In this document: in pieces, positions 31,376-43,700 of the stretch
Layout of the letters: every line of letters starts with the position of its first letter
Position numbering within the stretch: position 1 is the stretch's first letter
Assembly: GCA_950097015.1 (NCBI GenBank)
Contig: CATNEN010000001.1
Location: forward strand, 15,066,001 to 15,130,000
Reading direction: 5' to 3'
DNA from: Macrostomum hystrix
Taxonomy: Eukaryota > Animalia > Platyhelminthes
Length of the DNA stretch: 64,000 nt
Notes under the pieces: generated by a model
Database searches by the model: none
Seen by the model: the letters and a program-made list of their open reading frames with translations, nothing else
What the model was told of the DNA's origin: nothing
Translations under genes and position numbers: made by a program

Positions 31376-31889
31376 ATTGTATGAGTTTTTAACTGCAGCA
31401 GTACACGGACAGATTTTATTTTAATTTCTTGATTTTTCTTAATTGAATTCTGCTATTGAAATGTAGCCTGTGTAAAATGTGTTAATTAGCCAATCAGCTA
31501 TTTAATTTAGTGTTTAAACTAATCGAGCTGTGCTGTGAGTTTCTCAATGACCCTTGTTAAATAGGTTAAACTTCAGGTTTAGTAGATCTGTGTATCATCT
31601 ATCACTTATAAGAGCTGTAGATATTGAAGTATTACCTGTCCACTCACTCGACTTAATTCACTTTTTCGCATTCTCAATTTTCTCAATATCCTCCCCTACA
31701 ATCGCTGATTGACAGGACTCAAGTGGGTTGCCCTGGAGTGTACGGGCCAACTGCTGTGAGAAGCGTGGAGTGTTACGGCTTGTCCTGGGTGCCTGGCCTT
31801 CTAAATTTTGTGTAAGTCAGAAATGAAGAAATTAACTTATAGTGACAGTGGTTGCTAGTGAATTAGGTGATGTTAGATTTACGAAGAGA

Positions 31890-33055
31890 TTAGATTAACG
31901 AGAGACTGGATTAGCGAGACTGGATTAGCGAGACTGGATTGGCGAGACTGGATTAGCGAGAGACAGGATTAGTGAGAGACTGGATTAGCCAGAGACTGGA
32001 TTAGCAAGACTGGATTAGCGAGACTGGATTAGCGAGAGACAGGATTAGTCAGAGACTGGATTAGCGAGACTGGATTAGCGAGACTGGATTGGCGAGACTG
32101 GATTAGCGAGAGACAGGATTAGTGAGAGACTGGATTAGCCAGAGACTGGATTAGCAAGACTGGATTAGCGAGACTGGATTAGCGAGAGACAGGATTAGTC
32201 AGAGACTGGATTAGCGAGACTGGATTAGCGAGACTGGATTGGCGAGACTGGATTAGCGAGACTGGATTAGCAAGACTGGATTAGCGAGACTGGATTAGCG
32301 AGAGACAGGATTAGTCAGAGACTGGATTAGCGAGACTGGATTAGCGAGACTGGATTGGCGAGACTGGATTAGCGAGACTGGATTAGCCAGAGACTGGATT
32401 AGCAAGACTGGATTAGCGAGACTGGATTAGCGAGAGACAGGATTAGTGAGAGACTGGATAAGCGAGAGACTGGATTAGCCAGTGACTGGATAAGCGAGAG
32501 ACTGGATTAGCGCGAGACTGGATTAGCCAGTGACTGGATAAGCGAGAGACAGGATTAGCGAGAGACAGGATTAGCGAGAGACAGGATTAGTGAGAGACTG
32601 GATTAGCGAGAGACTGGATTAGCGAGAGATTGGATTAGTGAGATACTGGATTAGCAAGAGACTGGATTAGCAAGATACTGGATTAGCGAGAGACTGGATT
32701 AGTGAGAGATTCAATTAGCGAGAGACTGGATTAGTGAGAGATTCGATTAGCGAGAGCCTGGATTAGTGAGAGATTCGATTAGCCAGAGACTGGATTTGCC
32801 AGAGACTGGATTAGCAAGATACTGGATTAGCGAGAGACTGGATTAGCCAGTGACTGGATTAGCAAGAGATTGGATTAGCCAGTGACTGGATTAGCAAGAG
32901 ATTGGATTAGCCAGTGACTGGATAAGCGAGAGACTGGATTAGCCAGTGACTGGATAAGCGAGAGACTGGATTAGCGCGAGACTGGATTAGCCAGTGACTG
33001 GATAAGCGAGAGACTGGATTAGCGAGAGACTGGATTAGCGAGAGACTGGATTATC
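31890..33055. repeat. 14/16-bp minisatellite
   Basis: Unit GAGACTGGATTAGC(GA). Confidence 0.96.
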
Positions 33056-33636
33056 TGTTTCATTTCTATTGTATTTTGATAGGTATTAATTTACTAATGT
33101 ATCACGTCATAGGTAATGTCATGAAGACGTTTTCTGACCAAAGAAACAGCAAGTTTTTATTATACTCGTATTTAGAGTTCTACGAAAATTGTGTATTTTA
33201 TTCAGAATGCAATGGCTAACAAAATATCTGATTGTATATTTGTATACTGCTAATTGTGTGTCGCAAACAAATGGCTATTCAACAGTATGTATTTAAGTTT
33301 ATACTGATATAGAGAAAATTAATGTCAAGCATTCACAATAAGCAGCGGGATTTCGATAAAGAAATTCGGACTAATATGGAAATCAGTTATCAATCAGAAA
33401 TTTGATGAGCTAGATATGATGAAAAGTAAGAATTGCAAGTGTCTACAATTGCCTAGACTAGAATCACAACTAGACTTTTGTTCCGATTTACAATGCGAAT
33501 GTGAATTTCACAACAGTGGATAAATATATATACTAGGTACTCTCAGGATCAACTGGACAAGGGTTGGACTGTGTTGCTGCACACATTTTAGCTGCTGTGT
33601 CTGTCTTGCAAGAATTGCTTTGGGACAGGATATTGG

Positions 33637-35991
33637 TTAGAGGATTTCTGTGCTACCTCTATGCGGTCGCTCGGTGGTCACTCTGCCACCAGGGTTAGTC
33701 AGTGGGAGAGTCTCCTGCTGCTGCTGCTGATGCCGAAATGAAGCTTCGTGCTTGTTCTTTAGAATGCCTCGGTTCAAAGTCTTTGTGACTGTTGGATTGT
33801 CCTCGCCTAGGTTGAACCGAATGACCCCGCCAGCAGCTGATTGGCTGTTGCCGCCGGCACTGTTGCTAGGCAGGGTGGCTGTGGAGTACTGAGCTGGTCT
33901 CGGCTGCTCCTGACCTGCCGTTGCTGATTTCGATGCGCCGTGAAATCGAACGGTCCCATAGGCGCCAACGCCGCCAGAATCAACAATGGAAGCCGCTGGG
34001 CCCGCCGATGTGGCCAACAGTGGCCTCTGTGGCCAGGACATTGTGCTAGCCGATGTGGGATCGCTGGCCTGCTGCTGATGATGGTGCCGGATGCTGTAAT
34101 CGATTGTGGCCGAGGATGTGGCAGCCGGGTTGACGGAATTTCCGGCCTTACTGTAACCTAGAGTGTGCTGGTGCTGGGATCTCAGGGTGTGCAGCATCGG
34201 CGACTCCTCGATGGTTGTGGCTCCGAGGTCGCGTACAACATCGCCTCCGTTGGCGCTTGAATCGTCGGAATTGTGCCGACTTCTGCGCTGTTGATGATGC
34301 TGATTTGGCTGCAGATGATGCTGCTCCTGAGGTGACTGATGCTGCTGCTGTTGCTGACTGTTGAGTTGCTGATTGCGATGCCAACTCTTGGTCGGCTGAA
34401 CCAGATCAATGCATCGACGCCTCCGACAGATGCCCTGCCAGATGAGCGGCGTGAATAATCCCGCCAGTAGGAAGAGAAACGCTGACACCGCCAGCACCAG
34501 ATTGGCATAGTTGGGTATGGCCAGGGTCTTGCTGATGACGCTGTTGCTGTAGTAGCTGCCCCGGCTACCTGGGCCGTTCGGCCACAGTAGGGCGGCGATT
34601 GAGACGTGCATTCGCAGACCGGCAGCCGCTATTGTCAGAACCGGTGTGATAAAACCGATTAAACCGAAGAACCATGGTCGCATTACGGCGCCTCCGCCGA
34701 TCTCCTTGACAAAGCGAACTCCGCCGTAGCCGTGGCTGATGGCCAGGCAAGCGAGAGAAGCCAGAAGCAACGGTAGCCAGCGGACGGTTGACAGTTGATA
34801 GACATCCCGTATGCTGATTGTGCGTCGATAGTGCTGCATTAAGAAGGCCGAACTGGCCATGATGGGGCAGACCAGAAGTGCCGCAATGAATCGACAAGTC
34901 CACGGACAGCGGCGCAATGCTTTGCAGCCTTGCAGCTTGTCGGCGATGCCACGTATCCAGGTGTCAGCTCGCACCAGCAGGTAGGTGAGGCAGAGCCAGG
35001 CTAGAACACCGCGCAGGCACCAGAGCCAAGCTGTTGGGGACACTTGATTTCTTGGCAGGCTTTCCAACAGTCTGGCGTACAGATTTGCTCCTTCCATCAG
35101 ATTCTCTGCGCTGTCAGCTTCGTAGTAGGCCAGAAAATCGCAGCTAGAATTTCGAGCTCCATCCAGTGCCACCATCGGACAGGTGGCATCGGCCAGGTTG
35201 CAGGCGACGGTGCGATTGGGTCCAACTGATTGTGAATTCGTCAGGCAGTAATTGGCAGCCAGGCCGCTTGTAGAGACTGTTAGAAGGGATCCGATCACAA
35301 GCGTCAGCGTTACTATGACAACAGAGTCGGCGAACGGATTCGCTCCAGCTGATCGATAGCTGCCTAATGAGATCATTATTCCCGTGCCCGCTGTTGATAG
35401 AAATGGTAGTAGAGATGTGCGTATCAAATCCAACGGGTTTCTCGGCAGTTGCACCGACAAGCTCCACAGACGCTGCAGACTGGCTTCTGTGTGTCCCAGC
35501 CACAGTGACTTCACGGCTAGAGCGATGACACCGACCAGACACACCAGGCTGCCCAGAACCCACAGCTTGCTTGAGAACTTCGGCCATAGAACTAACAGCG
35601 GTAACAGAGCTAGCCAGAGTCCTGCTTGAATGTAAATTAGCGGTATTTTCGATAACAAAGCGTCGTCTCTTTGTTGCTGCTGCTGCGACAGGTATTCCAA
35701 CAGGTCCACATTCACAGACATAAGATCCATAGCGCTGGTGAACAGCATCAGCAGGCCGATGCCTTTCCAAGCCGGTCCGAAGCACCAACACTTCACTGGG
35801 CCGTAGCGGCTTCTCTGGCCTAGGGCTAGCTCGCAGAAGATCAACGGCTGAGCTAATAGTACAATGCCAGCTAGTTGAACTGCCAGAACCCACAGGCCGT
35901 GCTGAAAGAACGCCTGCAACGGCACGTGAAGCAGAAACTGCGGCGTTAGCAGCGCCATGCCGCAGATTAGGGTGGACTCAGGTCTGAGCAT
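33637..35991 (-). CDS. Divergent SLC6 / sodium:neurotransmitter symporter (NSS) fold protein with long disordered C-tail, intronless, 784 aa
   Basis: QPLIFCELALGQRSRYGPVKCWCFGPAWKGIG matches the NSS TM2-TM3 signature (P..LE..LGQ...G....W...P..KGIG). GIMISLGSY..N...D resembles TM6-IL3. About 11-12 hydrophobic segments. In-frame upstream stop at 36025-36027. Confidence 0.85.
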   Translation of the reverse strand: MLRPESTLICGMALLTPQFLLHVPLQAFFQHGLWVLAVQLAGIVLLAQPLIFCELALGQRSRYGPVKCWCFGPAWKGIGLLMLFTSAMDLMSVNVDLLEYLSQQQQQRDDALLSKIPLIYIQAGLWLALLPLLVLWPKFSSKLWVLGSLVCLVGVIALAVKSLWLGHTEASLQRLWSLSVQLPRNPLDLIRTSLLPFLSTAGTGIMISLGSYRSAGANPFADSVVIVTLTLVIGSLLTVSTSGLAANYCLTNSQSVGPNRTVACNLADATCPMVALDGARNSSCDFLAYYEADSAENLMEGANLYARLLESLPRNQVSPTAWLWCLRGVLAWLCLTYLLVRADTWIRGIADKLQGCKALRRCPWTCRFIAALLVCPIMASSAFLMQHYRRTISIRDVYQLSTVRWLPLLLASLACLAISHGYGGVRFVKEIGGGAVMRPWFFGLIGFITPVLTIAAAGLRMHVSIAALLWPNGPGSRGSYYSNSVISKTLAIPNYANLVLAVSAFLFLLAGLFTPLIWQGICRRRRCIDLVQPTKSWHRNQQLNSQQQQQHQSPQEQHHLQPNQHHQQRRSRHNSDDSSANGGDVVRDLGATTIEESPMLHTLRSQHQHTLGYSKAGNSVNPAATSSATIDYSIRHHHQQQASDPTSASTMSWPQRPLLATSAGPAASIVDSGGVGAYGTVRFHGASKSATAGQEQPRPAQYSTATLPSNSAGGNSQSAAGGVIRFNLGEDNPTVTKTLNRGILKNKHEASFRHQQQQQETLPLTNPGGRVTTERPHRGSTEIL

Positions 35992-37451
35992 TCTGCCGCA
36001 GCTGCTCCTTGTGCTACTCTTAGGTCAGTTGAGATCGGATGGCTTGCTGTGCCAACATATCGTTTGCCTAACTCGAATAAACTCTAATTTTGAAGCGCTA
36101 GAAGTTGAAGAACTCAGCCGAAATTTCGCTTCTCGCTTCGTTTAGTGGGCTGGAAGTTGATTGTTTCTCTGTCCCGCCCTAAGGTTGCAAAACTCATGCA
36201 GCCTCAAGCAGCTTCGTTTGGGCAAGTCGAGAATGCTCCTTTACTCTTCTTGCGTCTTTTCCTTCTATCCCAACACCGGCTTTCTCAATGTCTCAAGCCC
36301 AGTAACCAGCGCTTGGTTGCCTGGCCCTTCTGGCTGGGTGAAATGGCAGACGGTGCACGACGGTCCGTCTTGGCCCTGGGAGGTTGGGGTTAAAGGGCTC
36401 TTGCCTCTCTTGGGGGCAGTGCCTGGGATAGGAGGGCCACGAGAGAAGCAAATGCGAGCGGATTGGAAGGCGTGGTTGGACGTTTTTAGGGGAGAAAATT
36501 GTGGCAGGGTGGAGTTGGGAAGGAATGGGAGTCGGGGGATTGCAAGGGAGCGGCTTGGGTTAGTTTTACACGGGTCTTACACAGCTTGACAGAGGGGGCC
36601 GGAGACCTAGCGGTGAGAGCCCAATCCCGGAGCCTTTCTCTCACCCGCCTCCCCCGCATCTCTACGTCTCCACTCCTCTCCGCCTCCTTCCCGGGTTCCC
36701 CGTTTCGTGTGTCCGATTCGCCTAGAAAGCTTCCCACACGCGCGCACACACACACACCCGGCCCTTAAAAATCCCACAGCTAGGCCGTCGGAGATGACTG
36801 CCCGGCTGGCGGTCGCTTGGATTTCCCATCGCATCCCAAACCAGGCCCGTGGGGCTTGGGGCGCACTCAATTCCACCCTGTCTGTCTCTCTTGCTCACCC
36901 GGTCTCTGGCATCCTCTCTTCAGCTTCCTCCTTCATCACCTCAGTTCTGCTACCTTTTTATATTCTCGCATCTATCCCACTCTGAGCTCTGAGACGCGTC
37001 GGGTCCCAGTCTCGTCTGTCCCATTTCTGTCTGCCCCAGCAAGATCTCTTTAGATCTTGTCTTTTTAAGGGTTGTCTGTGCCTTTTCTGATTACGCGCAG
37101 GCTTTCTCATCCAGCCTCGGCGGCGCACCCTTGTCGCTATCATGATCGCTATCTTAAAACATCCGGCAGCTTTCGTGTGTCCTGTGCTTTTTTCGCTGTC
37201 TAATGCCTAATGCTATATATGAAATCGTCCACAGAATATATTTTTTCGAACAGGATTTTTAGAAACAAAATCTACGGCTTATTTTGACAGAATTTTAATG
37301 ATACTGCCTTATTTTCCCGGGCATTTTAAATTTTGTTTCTGCTAAAGTGTAACAAACTAATACCGTGGGTTCATTGATTGGAAAACACAGTAAGTAGTAA
37401 TAATAAACTGACGAACTATATTACATTGTGGGCGAAATGAAACCTAATTTG

Positions 37452-37590
37452 CTGAGGGACATTGTGGGTAAAATGATAAAATAGAAAACATACTGACGGA
37501 CATTGTGGGAAAAATGATAAAATATAACATACGTAGGGATATTGTGGGTAAAGTTATGCCAGCCAACATACTGAGGGACATTGTGAGTAC
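37452..37590. repeat. Short degenerate ~40-bp tandem repeat (3-4 copies)
   Basis: Recurrent ACATACTGAGGGACATTGTGGG.AAAATGATAAAATA. Confidence 0.7.
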
Positions 37591-38586
37591 AATCGCAGCA
37601 GCAGTTATTCTGAGTAACGTTTTGGTTGCTATCAAAACAGCCCTTTGATTAATTATTTGTCATGAAAGAGTCCCACTGAAGCATCTACTGGTGTTAAGCA
37701 AATGTACAGAACCATCTTTGACTAGCAGCATGCTCTTACGTCATACAATAAAGTCGCGTTATCCAAAGTTATTTTCGACCAGTTAATGCCTTAATCCGCC
37801 ACCCACCTCAGTACAGGCTTGCCTGCTGCTGCTGCTGCAAAAGTAACGATAAGCCTCTCCTTCCGTCTCTGTCCCGTCCTATTCGTTCCCAAATGGGAGA
37901 ATATGCCATTTAGTTCTTATTTTTACGTTTGTTATAGTCCTCTCCCTAGAGAGGTAGGGGGGCTCTAAATGCGAAATGGAAAGCGAAGCACAGCTGGGAT
38001 TTTTTGTGAGATGATTGCCTTCTGAACTGTTTTGGGGGAGAGAGAGAGACTGAGAGCAACGACTTAACTGACCGATCAATTCGTGGCTTTCAGTTTTAGC
38101 AAATGCGTTGGTGGATAAAGAGTCTGTACAGCTTCTAGGAAATTTTCGCTACTTTTTTTAGTTTTCTGTTTTCGTATTTGAGGCATCCCATGCTCTTTTT
38201 CCTTCTCCCATGCATCAGTCCCTCCGAGCATCTGAAGCAGTCGCACATACTATTATATAGCTGATATAATTTCAGTAGACCCAACTCCATTTAGACACCT
38301 ACCAAAGAAAACCAAAAGCTCTAGTTAAGTGAAGAGAAACAGTTCAAGAGTGGAGAGGAGCCGGTGAATTATTGATAGTCGTTAGTTATTGGCTTTTTTC
38401 TTCACTCAATAAGTCCGAAGGCCATGCCTAACCCCACTTACCTTGCTCCTACTCCCCCACTCTCCCGCTTCCCCATTCTCTTTCTCGCTGCCTAAACGTG
38501 ATGTGCGGTGCGGTATAATTTTTTTACAGTCGAGAAAGGCAATCACATTAGGGTGACGAACCCAGGGCTGGCAAGTTTGGTTGGTG

Positions 38587-38587
<1 letters not shown>

Positions 38588-38636
<49 letters not shown>
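38588..38636. repeat. (CAG)n-(TAG)n compound microsatellite
   Basis: About 12 CAG followed by TAG units; non-coding context. Confidence 0.9.
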
Positions 38637-38869
38637 CCAGAGGGATTCAGAGGCCAAGGTGTCACACATTAGCGAATATCGTTCTACCCCTGTGTTTTTT
38701 ATGCTTTTATTGCTTGAAGCGAGCTCGCCAGCTAGTTGGTTGTGCTTATTTCAGCTGGTTACTTTATTGGAGTTCTACTGCTGATCACTGTGGTAGTAAA
38801 TTAGCGCTAAGCGTAGATCAAATTCAAAAATGTATCTCACGATATGTCACTCTGTTTTGTCCCCTGTCC

Positions 38870-39390
38870 CAAACTGAGGACCAAGAACCGAAGGTAGTCA
38901 CAAACTGAGGACCTAAAATGGTAGACAGTCACAAACTGAGGACCAAGAACGGCAGTTAGTCACAAACTGAGGACCAAGAATGTCAGTTAGTCACAAACTG
39001 AGGACCAAGAACCGAAGGTAGTCACAAACTGAGGACCAAAAATGGTAGACAGTCACAAACTGAGGACCAAGAACGGCAGTTAGTCACAAACTGAGGACCA
39101 AGAATGTCAGTTAGTCACAAACTGAGGACCAAGAATGTCAGTTAGTCACAAACTGAGGACCAAGAACGGCAGTTAGTCACAAACTGAGGACCAAGAACGG
39201 CAGGTAGTCACAAACTGAGGACCAAGAACCGAAGGTAGTCACAAACTGAGGACCAAGAACCGAAGGTAGTCACAAACTGAGGACCAAAAATGGTAGACAG
39301 TCACAAACTGAGGACCAAGAACGGCAGTTAGTCACAAACTGAGGACCAAGAATGGCAGTTAGTCACAAACTGAGGACCAAGAATGGTTAG
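38870..39390. repeat. 31-bp minisatellite with constant 20-mer and variable 11-mer; higher-order structure
   Basis: AGTCACAAACTGAGGACCAA plus one of GAACCGAAGGT / AAATGGTAGAC / GAACGGCAGTT / GAATGTCAGTT; ~17 units. Confidence 0.95.
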
Positions 39391-39869
39391 AAGTCCCATA
39401 AAAAAGTTGTGTTTTTACCATATGTAAAAATATTGACATATAATTTTTTATTATTCACTGATATATTTAGTATTTTACTAGACTACGGTGTATGAAGCCA
39501 GCCGCATGTTTCTTCTCCTCATTTTGCTCCACATTCTGCTCCCAGCTGTTGCGAAAAAGTGTTTAACAATTCGCATATATTCTGTGTAAGTGCACGCGTG
39601 TGTACTCCTCAGCATGGGATTACGGCAGCATATTTGTGCATTTTGGGCTGGCTATAAATCTTCCATTTGTGCAAATATGTTTATACACGAAATAGGATTC
39701 GTTTGTTCCATAGTCGGCCACTTTTCTGTGCGCCATTCTCGTAGGTTTCTCACTGGGATAAAATAGAACTAAATCTGGGATTATTCGCCTCACTGATCCG
39801 CCTTAGCTTGATTGTGCCACTTTGGGTTATATTTCACAAGGAAACAAATGTAGCGAATACGGTTGCTTT

Positions 39870-40135
39870 TAGCAGTAACGGAAGTTACTTTTTTAGTAAT
39901 GCAAATCATTTTTTAGTAACGGGAGTTATTTTTTGAGTAACGGAAGTTACTCTTTTTAAGTAACTGTAGTCACTATTTTTAAGTAACGCAAGTTACTCTT
40001 TTAGTGTAAAGAGTGTAACGGAAGTTGCTCCTTAATAAGTTAATTGCGTTAATTTCGTTACTTATTATTTGGAGTAACGCAAGTTATTCTTTGGAGTAAC
40101 GCAAGTTACTCTTTTCAACAACTCAAGTTACTATT
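39870..40135. repeat. Degenerate dyad repeat (AGTAAC-N4-GTTACT)
   Basis: About 10 copies of TTTTAGTAACGGAAGTTACT-like units. Confidence 0.75.
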
Positions 40136-40643
40136 TAGGGCTAATGGCTATTTCTGTCGCTTGTTACATTAGTCACAAAACGTTTTCTACTTGCCTCATT
40201 TCCAATATAATATTTTCGTATTTACGATCATGGATTGGTTAAAACACGATGACAAAAAGACAGAGGGTCACCGGAAAAGGAAATATAGCGACTTTAGTAA
40301 CTGCTTTTTTTAAAGTAACTATTTTCTAAGCCTTGCTTTCTTCTGTTTTTTTTCTTCTGGTCTTGCAAAGTTGTGGGACAGCTGTCTTAGTCTGTCAAAT
40401 AGAGCGTGCATTATATTCGCGTGTTGTCTTTGGTGTTGCCTGGAAACGTTGTCTAAAAGACAATTTGCTGAGAAAAAAGAGATTACATCATTTTTGGTAT
40501 TGTTAAGTTTCGTTACCAGTAAATTTGATGGACAGTTAAAAAAAACATTAGAATATCATACTCTAACTTGCCTACTTACTCACGAAAGCAGTAGTGTCTA
40601 AAGTATTAATAATATTTCTTTTTCACTTTTTTAGTTTCATATT

Positions 40644-40779
40644 TTATCTTCTATCGTTGCAGAGCGCGGCCGAGAACTCGTCGTAATCAATGAGGCCATC
40701 GCCATCGAGATCTGCGGCCGCGATCATTTCGTCAGCCTCCTCTGACGTCATCCTGTCACCTCGGGTTGTCAGAATGACC
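40644..40779 (-). CDS. Calmodulin-like exon 3 (not in ORF track)
   Basis: Acceptor TTTCCGCAG|G GTC ATT; encodes VILTTRGDRMTSEEADEMIAAADLDGDGLIDYDEFSAALCNDRR*. Confidence 0.92.
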
Positions 40780-43700
40780 CTGCGGAAATTTAGTTGTCGC
40801 TGAAGAGAAACTCGTAGGTTATATTGATCTAGGCACTTTTGTACAACAAGCCCTCAGTAGAATTGACTTTTGAACTACATTCAATTCCTCTATATCATCT
40901 TCCTCTCTATTCTGTATCAATTTCCTCTCCATTGTCTTCTCTACCCCCCTTTGTACACTCGCTCCCAACCAACCCCATTCTCTCTATCCCCAATGTACAC
41001 TCGCTCCCAACCAACCCCATTCTCTCTATCCCCATTGTACACTCGCTCCCAACCAACCCCATTCTCTCTATCCCCAATGTACACTCGCTCCCAACCAACC
41101 CCATTCTCTCTATCCCCAATGTACACTCAGTCGCGACCAACCCTATTCTCTCTATCCTCAATGTACACTCGCTCCCAACCAACCCTATTGTCTACGCCGC
41201 TAATATACACTCGAAAAGTTAAGTTAAGTTTTCCGAGACACTTCCTTTTAACATTAATTTCCCTGCGCTATTTATAATCTTCCTCACTTTAGCTCGGCCG
41301 CTGTTATGTAGCCTCGATTCTGCGTGTCAAACACCAGAAACGCATTTTTGACTTCCTCGCGAGTCACCGGCCTATTAATGTGATGCGTCATCAGGTTGAC
41401 AAACTCCGGAAAGTCCAGCTCGCCGCTACCTGAACAGATTTTTTCGGGTAAATTTTATTTATGCTACTTACTTCGATCAGTAGTAAAAATGGATATAGCC
41501 CGGTGCTTAGTTCAGTTCACCCACCTGTGAAATGATTAGCAACATCAGTCCATAGACTGAACAGCTGTACATAGTAAAATAAAATGAACCAATTTAAGGT
41601 CTATCTAACTGAACTTACCATTCAAACACGTAGTATGCTATGTGTGCGTAGGTGAGAGGTGCTTTGACGCACACACTGCCCTGTAGTGTGATCCCACCTA
41701 ATGAATGGCCTCTAGCCCCGACCATTTCTCAAAGTTGATACTGAATTGAGTCAGCGGCATAGAAGAAAGGGATTTCTACTTTGAGATTCCTGCGAGATCC
41801 ATTCATCTCCAGGATCTGGCTCTCTGTCACATTTTCTTTGGTGAAACGAAGGTTACAAAGACAGCTCAAGGGCTGGGTGTTGGTGAATGGATGAGTGACA
41901 CTTTACCAATGCACATTATTGTATTTTTCAGGTGTTGACATCAAAGCTAGGTTGAAGTGGGTTGAAGTGTCTCAGTTTTTTCTTCTCTTAATATGCTGTG
42001 TTGACTTTTGAAGTCTGGTGCTGGGATGTGGGCTGTAATTGATAAACTGCGTGTAGGATTTATGCAATGTGTGACAGAGGCAAAATAATGAATGAGATGT
42101 ACGGTTATAACAACTGCTATTTGTGGCTAAAATGTATTGAAAATACCAAACAACCAAAGAGTTGGTTGTCCGATCTGTCTGCCAAATTTTGATTGACATC
42201 TGGGTCAGATGTTGATTGACATGTGTGTCAGAGGTTGATTGACATCTGGGTCGAAGGTTGATTGCCATGTGTGTCAGAGGTTGATTGACATCTGGGTCAG
42301 ATGTTGATTGACATATGGTTTGAAGGTTGATTGACATATGGTTTGAAGGTTGATTGACATGTGGTTTGAAGGTTGATTGACATGTGTGTCAGAGGTTGAT
42401 TGACATCTGGGTCGAGGGTTGATTGACATCTGGGTCGAAGGTTGATTGACATGTGGGTTACATGTTGATTGACATGTGGGTTGAAGGTTGATAGACATGT
42501 GGGTTACATGTTGATTGACATGTGGGTTGAAGGTTGATAGACATGTGGGTTACATGTTGATTGACATCTGGGTCGAAGGTTGATTGACATGTGGGTTACA
42601 TTTTGATTGACATGTGGGTTGAAGGTTGATAGACATGTGGGTTACATGTTGATTGACATGTGGGTTGAAGATTGATAGACATGTGGGTTACATGTTGATA
42701 GACATGTGTGTCAAGGGTTGATTGACATGGAGGTTAGGTGACGTAATTGCAGGCTAATCTACATGAGAAATCAGTTTGGAGTCGAGTTTGAGTCAATGCC
42801 GAGTTGAGATAAATTAGAAATGGTAAGGAAATATTCTAGTAGAAGTTGTGGGCTGTCCCAGAGTCATTTCGGACTACTTAATCGCAGGAAGTTGACCCAG
42901 AAGTGACCCAAAGCGAGTTCCCATCAGCCAGTGTGCTAGGGTGTCATTCGATCTGTCCGGAGCGCCGACTCCAGTGTAGAAATGACTGCCTAGAGAGTCG
43001 GCGAGTGTAAGTGAGTAGTGTGTAGAAGGAAGGAATTTTGTTAGTGAAACTTGGCCCTAGTAAAGCGTGCGAGTGTTATAAGCTTGTGTATTTGCAAAGC
43101 GATCAATAATATTGCTTTTTAGACCTCTCTGCGTTTGTGCCAGCCTCCTCTCTCTCTCTCTATCGGTCTTAACTCGTTTTATTTTCTTCTCGTGCTCATA
43201 TAACCGTTAGCTCCTAGCTTGCAACTTCTGTCCATCGTGCGCTTTTTTTACTTTCCAATTTTTCCGTGTTGTTTTAATCGATTTTAAGCACGGCGGTTGA
43301 GAAATTCGAACTCGCCTGTGACTCTCGTGAGCGCTAGAGATTTGTGAGGAACAAAAAATCTTACCTTCGAACTCATCTCCTCACACACACATTTTGGTAT
43401 ATATATCTTCCCCTCTCCCATCTTCTCTTCCCCTCCCTGTCCTCTCTCTCCCTCCCTGACCTCTCTTCCCCTTCCCCAGTCTTCTCTTCCGCTCCCTGTC
43501 CTCTCTTCCCCTTCCCCAGTATTCTCTTCCGCTCCCTGTCCTCTCTTCCCCTTCCCTAGTCTTCTCTTCCCCTCCCCAGTCTTCTCTTCCCCTCCCCAGT
43601 CTTCTCTTCCGCTCCCTGTCCTCTCTTCCCCTTCCCTAGTCTTCTCTTCCCCTCCCCAGTCTTCTCTTCCCCTCCCCCGTTCTCTTCCCCTCCAGTCTTC

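Noticed and set aside
38406-38784. Poly-Ala ORFs on both strands
   Set aside because: Driven by a (CAG)n microsatellite; no homology or convincing splice context.
38870-39390. CRISPR-like repeat-spacer array
   Set aside because: The 'spacers' are only 11 bp, recur and are related to one another; eukaryotic context and no cas genes.
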